64,000 nt of DNA from Candidatus Latescibacterota bacterium (GTDB lineage Bacteria; Latescibacterota; CBDEFO01): positions 1-64,000 of the forward strand of contig OZ252149.1 of NCBI GenBank assembly GCA_965248755.1, written 5' to 3'. Shown piece by piece: positions 52,780 through 60,756 of this stretch. Numbering within the stretch: position 1 is the stretch's first letter; the number at the start of each line of letters is the position of its first letter. The translations under genes were made by a program, and so were the position numbers. The notes under the pieces are model-generated. The model was given only the letters and a program-made list of their open reading frames with translations, was not told the DNA's origin and made no database searches.

Positions 52780-54216
52780 CTAAGACTTGCTTGATAGGTA
52801 CTGTAAAAATGAGGGATCTGGCGCACCATAAAGATCGTCCCACTCTAACATTCTCAAAATAAGTCTTTCTACCAATGAACGGACACGATATGTCTCGCGA
52901 AAGAGAGTATCAATATCTACTTGAGCTGCCCTGTGTATAAGTTTATTCCGTGTGTCGGTGAAGGTATAGTTTTTTTGGCTATGTGGGTATAGATCTTCCC
53001 AGGAAACAGAATAATCTTTGAATAGCCGATTAATCAAGTTTCTTAAAGGAGGCCTTTGCAGTTCTCGCACCTTCGCCATGATCTGATCCTTTACATGTGG
53101 GTCGTCTATAGTGTCGCGAATAGTAGCTCGAATTTGCGTAAGGAATTTATTTCCTTGACACTTACTTTTGAATATTTCATTCAAATTATGTTCGTCTGCG
53201 TACATATCTTTCAATTTTTCGAGGGCTATAAAATAGAGGATAAATTTCTGCTCGAGATACTTTGACTCGTGGCCAGTTAAAACATTTACTATGGGGAGAA
53301 ACAGGTCCATTCCATTATTACGTAGATAGTTAAGCCGATGAATAGTCGTACGGAGGAAATCTCTAGCTTGCGAACGCTGAACAAGCATGTCTTCTCGATA
53401 GACTGTATCTGCGTAATAGTCATCTGTCGATCTTGTGTACGAAATAATGCAATTAGTTCCACTAAACTTGTAATTGAACCACCTAATCCTTTTCCTAGAT
53501 ACAAATGAAGCTAAAAGTGTGAGATCATCTGCTAATTGCTGTACAATGTCAAATAGTTCGTCGTCTGACAATTCTTCTGTGGATTGTGTTGACTCTAAAA
53601 CTAAAGCATAAGCTAAATCTCTGGCCTGCACCTCTCTTCCTTCATTCGTTAGTGTAGAGTGGAAAAACCAAGGCCTAATCTCGACGCTACCCTCAAACAG
53701 GTTACCTACATCCAGACTTTTACCCCTCACGTCTATGTCAACCTCCCCCGTGAAAGAATAAGTAGTGGAGTAAAAACATGGCCAGAAAGTCGTTGCGCCT
53801 GCTAGAGCGAAAACTACTTGGCGTTTACTCATCTTTTCTTCGGAACGATTGTGTGTGACCGTGATTTCATCAAGTTCAAGCTCGCCCACTATATCGGCCA
53901 TTTGGCTGGCGTACTCTTGTGGCCAACTTTTACTTCGCACGTTTCTGATCAGCACTTTTGAGGACTTGATTTTCTCTTGGGAATCTTTATAAGGCGTTGA
54001 ATCAAGTGTACAATATGGACCCGGTTTATCCATCAATGTACATAGCTTATCGAATTCAGACTGGCTTCCAAGAACGCTACCTTTGATTTTGCTTGGTCTG
54101 TGTTCTGGATACTCTATAACCACCTGCAATCCAGGTACAGTTAGATCGTCTTTGGATAGAGAAGCCTGGAATTCATGTTGGACATAAAATGGCTTTTTCG
54201 GGAGGAGAGTACTCAT
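52780..54216 (-). CDS. ApeA-like HEPN domain protein
   Basis: 478 aa; FIALEKL and C-terminal RNKLIH (RxxxxH) motif. Confidence 0.7.
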   Translation of the reverse strand: MSTLLPKKPFYVQHEFQASLSKDDLTVPGLQVVIEYPEHRPSKIKGSVLGSQSEFDKLCTLMDKPGPYCTLDSTPYKDSQEKIKSSKVLIRNVRSKSWPQEYASQMADIVGELELDEITVTHNRSEEKMSKRQVVFALAGATTFWPCFYSTTYSFTGEVDIDVRGKSLDVGNLFEGSVEIRPWFFHSTLTNEGREVQARDLAYALVLESTQSTEELSDDELFDIVQQLADDLTLLASFVSRKRIRWFNYKFSGTNCIISYTRSTDDYYADTVYREDMLVQRSQARDFLRTTIHRLNYLRNNGMDLFLPIVNVLTGHESKYLEQKFILYFIALEKLKDMYADEHNLNEIFKSKCQGNKFLTQIRATIRDTIDDPHVKDQIMAKVRELQRPPLRNLINRLFKDYSVSWEDLYPHSQKNYTFTDTRNKLIHRAAQVDIDTLFRETYRVRSLVERLILRMLEWDDLYGAPDPSFLQYLSSKS

Positions 54217-54412
54217 TGCCCTTTTGTTTCATAATTACGCTGTAGCCTTTGCAGCATTACTGTTTCTTGCCTGCCTCTATGATCTGAGCCACCAGTCCGT
54301 CAGGAGCACAAAACGCCTTGAGATCCTGACCGTCAACAGCCGCTGGCATCGCCCAGAGCATCATTCCACGTGTGCTCTGTACGCCGATCCGGGTTTCAGG
54401 CTGCGCTAGCTG

Positions 54413-55636
54413 TTACGTGCCCCATCCTGAGATGAAGCTTTCGACACTGAAATCCGCCGGCACCTGGTTGAAGTAGTAACGCGTCGAATCGCCCTGGAAG
54501 CCGGGCGCCCACTGATCTTCTTCCGCCTGGAGGCTGTCGTCCACCGATTTGAACCGCTCCCATAGAATTTTGGCCTCCTCCGGCGAGAAGCGATCCGCAA
54601 GCAGCACGCCCCACTGGAGGGTCATCGGATGCATGCTAGTAGCCCAGGTGCGCTCTTGCTCAGGCAGGATGTCGAAGTCAGGGCGCTTGAGGTTGTTTAT
54701 GCGCTTGGCGGCCTTGCTCAGGAATATGGTCGACTGGAGCTTGCCCTTTTCACCCCTGCCCGGGTGCAGTTTTTTGAGCCTGGCATGGTACACGGTGCCG
54801 TCTTTTTCAATGGCAGCGCGAAGCACCGACTCGGTGTGGCCCAGCATCTGCTCGCTGCGCTGGGCCCAGCGTTCAAAGGTCACCTGGGCTGAGGCAGACA
54901 GGTGTTCGAGATAGTTCAGATTCGGGTAGTAGGTAAAGGTGGAAAAGCCGCCGTGGATGGTGCGCCGCATCTTGGTGCTGTAGTTGCTGCCCCAGTGCAG
55001 GATGGGCAGGATGTAGACCACGCCGTCGCCGGCCTTGAGATGCGTCTGGACACCGCCGGGCAAGGGTACGCGGGGGTCCTTGCGCAACAGCTGGTTTTCC
55101 TGCTCGGTGTTGAAACGCTTGTGACTGCCGGGCACCACCCACAGCACATCGTCGTCGTAGAGGGGGATGTTCCACTGTACGTACCGAGGGCCATTCTCGA
55201 TGATGTCCTCTGCGTAGGCCTGCAGCGGGGCGCAGTAGGGCGGATAAAAATCGCGGTGCCACCCCCGGTGGTTCGTCGTCCCATAGTCACGCGCCGGATT
55301 GCACATCAGCGTCATTTCCGTCACCGCCGCATCCTCTGCCTCCAGCAAGTGGCTGCTGACACCTTGCGTGTTTTCGTGAAGCCAGATCTCCACAGTCTTG
55401 GCGGTCTGTCCATCTATCTGATCAGCCAGAGTATACAGGTTCAACCACGGTTGGGCCGAGGTATCCCACGCACCTCCGGGCGGATCGTCCGCGTTGCGTT
55501 CGCGCGCCCAGATTGCCCTCTGTCTTTCGACCATGATTTCGTAACTGGCGCGCAACTCATCCAGCTTACCCGGCGGGATGACGTTGCTCAGGATGAGATA
55601 CCCTTCTTCCAGGAATTGGTCTCGATCTACGTGCAC
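54413..55636 (-). CDS. PhyH-like Fe(II)/2-oxoglutarate dioxygenase
   Basis: EEGYLI, WHRD, VVPGSH, LKAGD...LHWG; visibly more GC-rich than its neighbours. Confidence 0.82.
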   Translation of the reverse strand: MHVDRDQFLEEGYLILSNVIPPGKLDELRASYEIMVERQRAIWARERNADDPPGGAWDTSAQPWLNLYTLADQIDGQTAKTVEIWLHENTQGVSSHLLEAEDAAVTEMTLMCNPARDYGTTNHRGWHRDFYPPYCAPLQAYAEDIIENGPRYVQWNIPLYDDDVLWVVPGSHKRFNTEQENQLLRKDPRVPLPGGVQTHLKAGDGVVYILPILHWGSNYSTKMRRTIHGGFSTFTYYPNLNYLEHLSASAQVTFERWAQRSEQMLGHTESVLRAAIEKDGTVYHARLKKLHPGRGEKGKLQSTIFLSKAAKRINNLKRPDFDILPEQERTWATSMHPMTLQWGVLLADRFSPEEAKILWERFKSVDDSLQAEEDQWAPGFQGDSTRYYFNQVPADFSVESFISGWGT

Positions 55637-55657
55637 TCTACTGCCTCCTTAGCTAAT

Positions 55658-56044
55658 CCGACATCCCCCATATCACATTCATGAGGGATTATGATTCGAT
55701 ACAATCTTGTTTGTGAATGAATACTACCACTTTTACATTTTCCAACAAGTACTTTTTTCAATCAAAATAGCATTTTCCTCTGAATTATCACTTTCTTTGT
55801 GTTAAAATCCTCCAATCGGAGACACCTTTCCATCGACTCACAAAACAATGTGGCAGTTTAAACAAAGTAACATCGCAATCGTTCAATCCGGGATAATATT
55901 TTCGGCAAATAACCTCTTGTCTAGCCCAACCTCAGCCATCTGAAACGTGATATATCTGCTGTGCCTGACAATCTTCGCGCCAATCTTGATCAATTTCACG
56001 AGGAGGCTGCCAACATTCTTCGGCTCTAATATGGGGAATGGGGG
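55658..56044 (-). mobile_element. Internally deleted IS1380 derivative (387 bp, MITE-like)
   Basis: Both TIRs, the 3' UTR and about 150 bp of the transposase 3' end are kept; diverged from the full copies; no matching TSD. Confidence 0.9.
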
Positions 56045-56231
56045 TATAAACAACAAGAACTCTATATTCTTGATCTTTTGGACATTAGGGCACGCCGCTT
56101 TACACTACCTTTTTCACTCTGAATCAACCCGCCGCTTCGTTTAAATCTGCCTATATCCCCGTAACATTGTAGAGGATATGCATTAGATTGATGAATTTCA
56201 ATATGTGTCCTCGGATGTCGCCAATTTCAAA

Positions 56232-56313
56232 AGGACATAGACATGATCTACAGGACATAGACAAAATCTGCAGGACTATAGACATAATCTGCAGGACTAT
56301 AGACATAATCTAC
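56232..56313. repeat. Four tandem 20-21 bp repeats
   Basis: AGGAC(T)ATAGACA..ATCT(A/G)C x4. Confidence 0.85.
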
Positions 56314-56383
56314 ATTCACAGCGCATCAAAATAATAGACAGTAGTCAGGGCATCTCCTCCGTTTCCTGTCTGTCTATCTCTCC

Positions 56384-56821
56384 CTATTTGCAGTCTGCTG
56401 CATGTGAGGCTATTCCTTCTATCAATCCAGAGACCTTCTCCTGAATTTGATCTCTGATCTCTCTGAAGGCGAAAAGTTTATCTTCATAAGTTCCCTCGAT
56501 CTTGGCTGGATCGCTGATGGGCCAATGGTCCGTTTTGACCTTCGGGGGAAGGATCGTGCACTTATCCCTGGCATCTCCGCAGAGCGTAATAACGTAGTCC
56601 ATCCTCCTGGCAAACTCAAAGTCCAGAAGATCGGACGTCTGATCTGATATGTCAATCCCTTCTTCGCCCATGACTTCTACGGCTAAAGGGTGTATCCCAC
56701 GGGGATCGGTCCCAGCGCTGTAGACATCTATATCTCTACCTGCAAAGTGCCTTGCGAATCCCTCGGCCATCTGACTGCGGGCGGAATTTCCCGTGCAGAC
56801 GAACATTACGCTCTTCTTCAT
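56384..56821 (-). CDS. arsC: Arsenate reductase (LMW-PTP fold)
   Basis: CTGNSARSQMAE, ITLCGDA..KC, HW...DPA. Confidence 0.88.
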   Translation of the reverse strand: MKKSVMFVCTGNSARSQMAEGFARHFAGRDIDVYSAGTDPRGIHPLAVEVMGEEGIDISDQTSDLLDFEFARRMDYVITLCGDARDKCTILPPKVKTDHWPISDPAKIEGTYEDKLFAFREIRDQIQEKVSGLIEGIASHAADCK

Positions 56822-56868
56822 GTCTCAAGCCCCGCCTGATGATATGGAAAACGCACAACATGGATCCC

Positions 56869-57180
56869 TCATTCAGAGGGATTTGAAAGATCGTCCGTCC
56901 GGGGATAGATCTTATGTCGAGGCTTGCCCTTAAGCACCTCGTCCATCCCCCAGCGGGTTACCTGTCGAAAGAGGTCGCTCTTTATAAACACCATGAAATC
57001 CTCCCTGGTCTCCCATTCGCCGATGACCGCATACGAATCAGGATCGTCCACCCGGCGATAAAGGTAGCTCGACTTGTGACCCTTCATACCGTCCGTCACC
57101 TTCTGAACCTCCCGGAACTTCTGTTCAAAGATCTCTTGCTTTTCCGGCTTCACCTCGTAATAGAGTCCAATTGTAACCAC
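56869..57180 (-). CDS. Antibiotic biosynthesis monooxygenase (ABM) family
   Basis: GTG start after GAGGGA; FEQKF...GH..S.LY...EWETREDF. Confidence 0.8.
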   Translation of the reverse strand: MVTIGLYYEVKPEKQEIFEQKFREVQKVTDGMKGHKSSYLYRRVDDPDSYAVIGEWETREDFMVFIKSDLFRQVTRWGMDEVLKGKPRHKIYPRTDDLSNPSE

Positions 57181-57426
57181 AATGTTTCCCTCATTAGTTA
57201 TTGTATTTCGGCTGTCTGCCCCCGTTTGAATCCTAAATAGCATCAATTAGAGATCGGAGATCGGGGCCGAGTATCGTTTCAGGCTCTACAACTGTGTTGT
57301 GACCTGGCCCATGGCAACCGATCCACCGTCTACAGCTAGATACTGTGCATGTTTTCGGCATGAGCTTGCAATCCTTATTATGTTAGTTGACAGTGGAGAA
57401 TTCCGGTTAGCACATACAGTACCACA

Positions 57427-57903
57427 TCAGATGTTCCTAACATACCACTCTGAAGCAATAGTAAATCCTCCTGCAACCAGCATCGAGCACTTGTGTTGAT
57501 CTAGGTGACCACAGACTACGACAACCTGGACTGCGCCCTGTTCCTTAGCTCTTTGGGATGCTTCGCGCATAAGCACAGTACCGAGTGTTTGCCATTGATC
57601 TTCCTCCGCTACACAGAAATCGTCAATTACACAGGTAAGTCCTCCCGGGTCGTACACGGGTGGTGCAGGAACTACGGCTGCAATGACAAAACCATCTATT
57701 TCACGATTGTTCTCGTGTACCAATGTAATGACACCTTGCTTGGCTATCAGTTCCTCGAAGTAAGGAGGCTGTATCTTGTGTGAATCTTTCGCTTTACGCC
57801 AGAAGATAGGCTGGTACTTCTCGTACGCGGACCGCTTCTTCTCCGATAACTCAACCAGCTGTGGGACATCAGCTAACTGGGCCTTTCGGATTCTGTTTTT
57901 CAT
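57427..57903 (-). CDS. GNAT family acetyltransferase
   Basis: IRKAQLADV, IDDFCV, LGTVLM. Confidence 0.8.
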   Translation of the reverse strand: MKNRIRKAQLADVPQLVELSEKKRSAYEKYQPIFWRKAKDSHKIQPPYFEELIAKQGVITLVHENNREIDGFVIAAVVPAPPVYDPGGLTCVIDDFCVAEEDQWQTLGTVLMREASQRAKEQGAVQVVVVCGHLDQHKCSMLVAGGFTIASEWYVRNI

Positions 57904-58029
57904 TACCCAGTCCTCGGCAAGCTAAGGTTCAATGCCTCTATTGACTATAACAATGTAAGAAATAATTCTGTCTGAGTCAAACAAAAAACCCCACTGTATA
58001 AGTCCGCGCTATGTCGACTCAATCTATGG

Positions 58030-58301
58030 CTGCGCGTACGCGCAGAACGCGACAGAATTTTGTAGAAAAGATGAGGATGTTATACAACAGTCTTTTGAGG
58101 ATTGGTTTGTCATTGACCCTGCGGCAGGAGTGAAAGAAGGATCGGCGCACAGAAAACACATGGAATGGTGCGATCAAAATCGTCTCAGGGCAAAGAACAA
58201 AAACCGTCTTTGGAGAGTGGATGGGCGAGAGGTTCGTGAAAGTACAAAAAAATGACGGTGTTTACTACCTGGGAGTTAGTTTAAGGGAAGAAACAGTGTA
58301 G
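58030..58301 (+). pseudogene. P4/D5-family primase-helicase C-terminal remnant
   Basis: ATEFCRKDEDVIQQ..EDW...EWCDQN..(frameshift)..VFGEWMGERF...GVYYLGVSL*. Confidence 0.6.
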
Positions 58302-58387
58302 GGTGTGTAGGGTCGTACTATATGTTTGCTGTACAAAAAATTTGTTTTTTTGTACAAACATAGTACACCTCCCTACACACCCTACAC
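58296..58387. repeat. Long imperfect palindrome with iteron-like arms
   Basis: GTGTAGGGTGTGTAGGG...TGTACAAAAAA / TTTTTTGTACA...CCCTACACACCCTACAC. Confidence 0.8.
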
Positions 58388-58445
58388 CGCCTACACCCTA
58401 TATCAAAAAACAGCAGGCATGTGACAGTCAGAAAAGGAGAAAAAG

Positions 58446-58628
58446 ATGGATCTTGAAGATCTGCTTACAGTCAAAGAGGCACCCAGGCTCTCAAGGCGTT
58501 CGGAAAGGCACGTCCGTCAGCTAATAGAGTCTGGATCGGTTACAGCTTGCAGGCCGAGGAAACAACACCTCTTGCCCAGAAGAAATCTCTTAAACTATTT
58601 CAAAAGATCCAAAATATGCCCCTTTTGA
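58446..58628 (+). CDS. Excisionase-like HTH protein
   Basis: AGGAG RBS; LLTVKEA..L..SER.VRQLI.SG. Confidence 0.7.
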   Translation: MDLEDLLTVKEAPRLSRRSERHVRQLIESGSVTACRPRKQHLLPRRNLLNYFKRSKICPF

Positions 58629-59081
58629 ATAGTGGCTCTCCCTGTCCGCACACTACTGGGCGAACACGTGGGTTCGCCCCTACATTTCTGTCTGCCGACA
58701 CCGAGATTGCTCCCCCCGACCCCCGATTTAATCGGGGGCTCAATCGGGGATGAAAAATCCATCACCCTTGGTGCTCTCGCTGTCCTCATGGTACAATCTG
58801 AGGCAATTTCATACACTCCAATATAAAATATTTGTATGACGACTTCTGTCATCTAATCTGGGAGTTTAAAAAAATATCTATGCCCGATCGCATCCCCAAT
58901 CGCATCAATTGGGGACCGGGGATCAATTTTGATCTCACCTCCTCAAGAAGATGTCTAATCCGGCTCCTCCTGAATAAAATTTATTTACTTACCTGAACGC
59001 TTGTCGCATATTACATATATGAAAATAGCCAGAACGTTTAAGGCGTTGGCAGGAACCTGACCAATAGGGAGGATCAACAAG

Positions 59082-60557
59082 ATGAGAGTTGTGACTGGTG
59101 GGATTATCCACGAGACAAGCACCTTTACGCCGGTAGTTACCACCTGGAAAAGCTACGAAGAAAGATTCGGCTACCTGTGCAAAGAAGAGATATTAAGCAC
59201 ATTTCGCGGCACCAATACGCCCATTGGAGGATTTATCGAGGGTGCAGAAGTTCATGGGTACCAACTCATCCCCACAGTCTTTGCCGAACCTTATCCCAGT
59301 GGTCCGACGCCTCGCGCAATCTTTGATTCAATCTTAGGTGAGATGCTGGACGGAATTGCTGATGCAGGTTCGATTGACGGTGTCTTGCTTGAGTTACACG
59401 GAGCTATGGTGGCAGAGGGGATAGATGATGGAGAAGGTCATATCCTGGAGGCAGTACGAGAGTCAGTCGGGCCCGATGTGCCCATCATAATACAACTAGA
59501 TATTCACTCGAACGTCTCCCATAGGATGGTCGAGATGGCCGATGTGCTGATTGGCCGGGAGACATATCCTGAGGTGGATCAGTTAGAAAGGGGGCGCGAG
59601 TGTGCCGATGTCCTGGTTCGTATAGTCAAAGAAGGCCTGCGCCCTACTATGGGATTGCACCAGATTCCGATGATCTGGGGTATGAACCAGGTCACCGCTC
59701 ATCCACCGATGAGCGAGGCTATCGCCGAACTCCATAGAGTTGAGGCCGAGCCTGGTGTGATCTGCGGTTCGATTGCCACCTGCTATCCATTAGCCGATGT
59801 CCCCGACATGGGCGCCTCGGTCTATATCGTCACAGACAACGATCAAGCTTCGGCTCAAGCTTATGCTGACCAATTAGGTGAATGGATCTTTGAAAGACGT
59901 GCGGACTGGCATTACCTGATTCCAACGACACTTGAGGCCTTACAAGAAGCCAGAAGAAAAGGACTCTTTCCTGTCATTTTCGCAGATAGAAACGATAACA
60001 CCGGCGGCGGGCCCCCCGGCGATAGTACCGGTATGCTGAAAACCTTTATAGATGAAGAGCTTGAGGATGCTTGTGTGCTTTATATAGTAGATCCAGAGGC
60101 AATTGAAGAATGCATGCAGGCTGGTGTAGGAGCTGAGTTGACATTAGATGTGGGTGGGAAATCCTCTCCCCTTCAGGGCGGACCCTTAAGAATGACTGTC
60201 GAAGTCGTTGCACTTTCGAACGGCCGCTTCCGTTACGATGGGCCGATGTACTCAGGGCTGGAAGCCAGCATGGGACCCTCAGTCCATATCAAACAGGTGG
60301 TGCGAGCACTCCGTGGAGAAATTCATGTACTGTTGGTGACCGAACGTGAGCAGCCCTTAGATACAGCCTTTGCACGGACCCTCGGCTTGGATCCCCAGAA
60401 GATGCGCTACATCGGAGTCAAATCCTCAGCTCACTTTCGAGCGGGCTTCGAATCGTGGGCGGGGGCGATCTACTCGGTATCCGAATCCAGCGTTCATTCG
60501 GGAGATCTCCCGTTCCACCGTCTGGGTCGCAAGCTCTATCCGTTCGATGATTTTTAA
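59082..60557 (+). CDS. M81 (MlrC-like) metallopeptidase
   Basis: HETSTF, LHGAM, DIHSN, DNTGGG, VKSSAHFRA. Confidence 0.9.
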   Translation: MRVVTGGIIHETSTFTPVVTTWKSYEERFGYLCKEEILSTFRGTNTPIGGFIEGAEVHGYQLIPTVFAEPYPSGPTPRAIFDSILGEMLDGIADAGSIDGVLLELHGAMVAEGIDDGEGHILEAVRESVGPDVPIIIQLDIHSNVSHRMVEMADVLIGRETYPEVDQLERGRECADVLVRIVKEGLRPTMGLHQIPMIWGMNQVTAHPPMSEAIAELHRVEAEPGVICGSIATCYPLADVPDMGASVYIVTDNDQASAQAYADQLGEWIFERRADWHYLIPTTLEALQEARRKGLFPVIFADRNDNTGGGPPGDSTGMLKTFIDEELEDACVLYIVDPEAIEECMQAGVGAELTLDVGGKSSPLQGGPLRMTVEVVALSNGRFRYDGPMYSGLEASMGPSVHIKQVVRALRGEIHVLLVTEREQPLDTAFARTLGLDPQKMRYIGVKSSAHFRAGFESWAGAIYSVSESSVHSGDLPFHRLGRKLYPFDDF

Positions 60558-60756
60558 TGTCTGCATAGGATAGAACAAGGAAAATATGTACGTTTGGCGA
60601 CAGATTCCAAAGGTGTTGACAAGCATAGGTGATATATGTAAATTGGGTACGTTCGCTGTTGAATGCAGAGGGGCTGATTAGCGGGAATGCTCACTGCAAC
60701 ACTACAACTGTGATCATAGAGATCGCGGCAAACCAAAATGAAAAGGGATTTGAACC

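Noticed and set aside
56232..56313. Short repeats as a mini-CRISPR
   Set aside because: No spacers between units
60721..60756. GGCAAACC...GAAA as a c-di-GMP-I riboswitch
   Set aside because: No GACGCAAA continuation or second stem; it runs straight into the RBS
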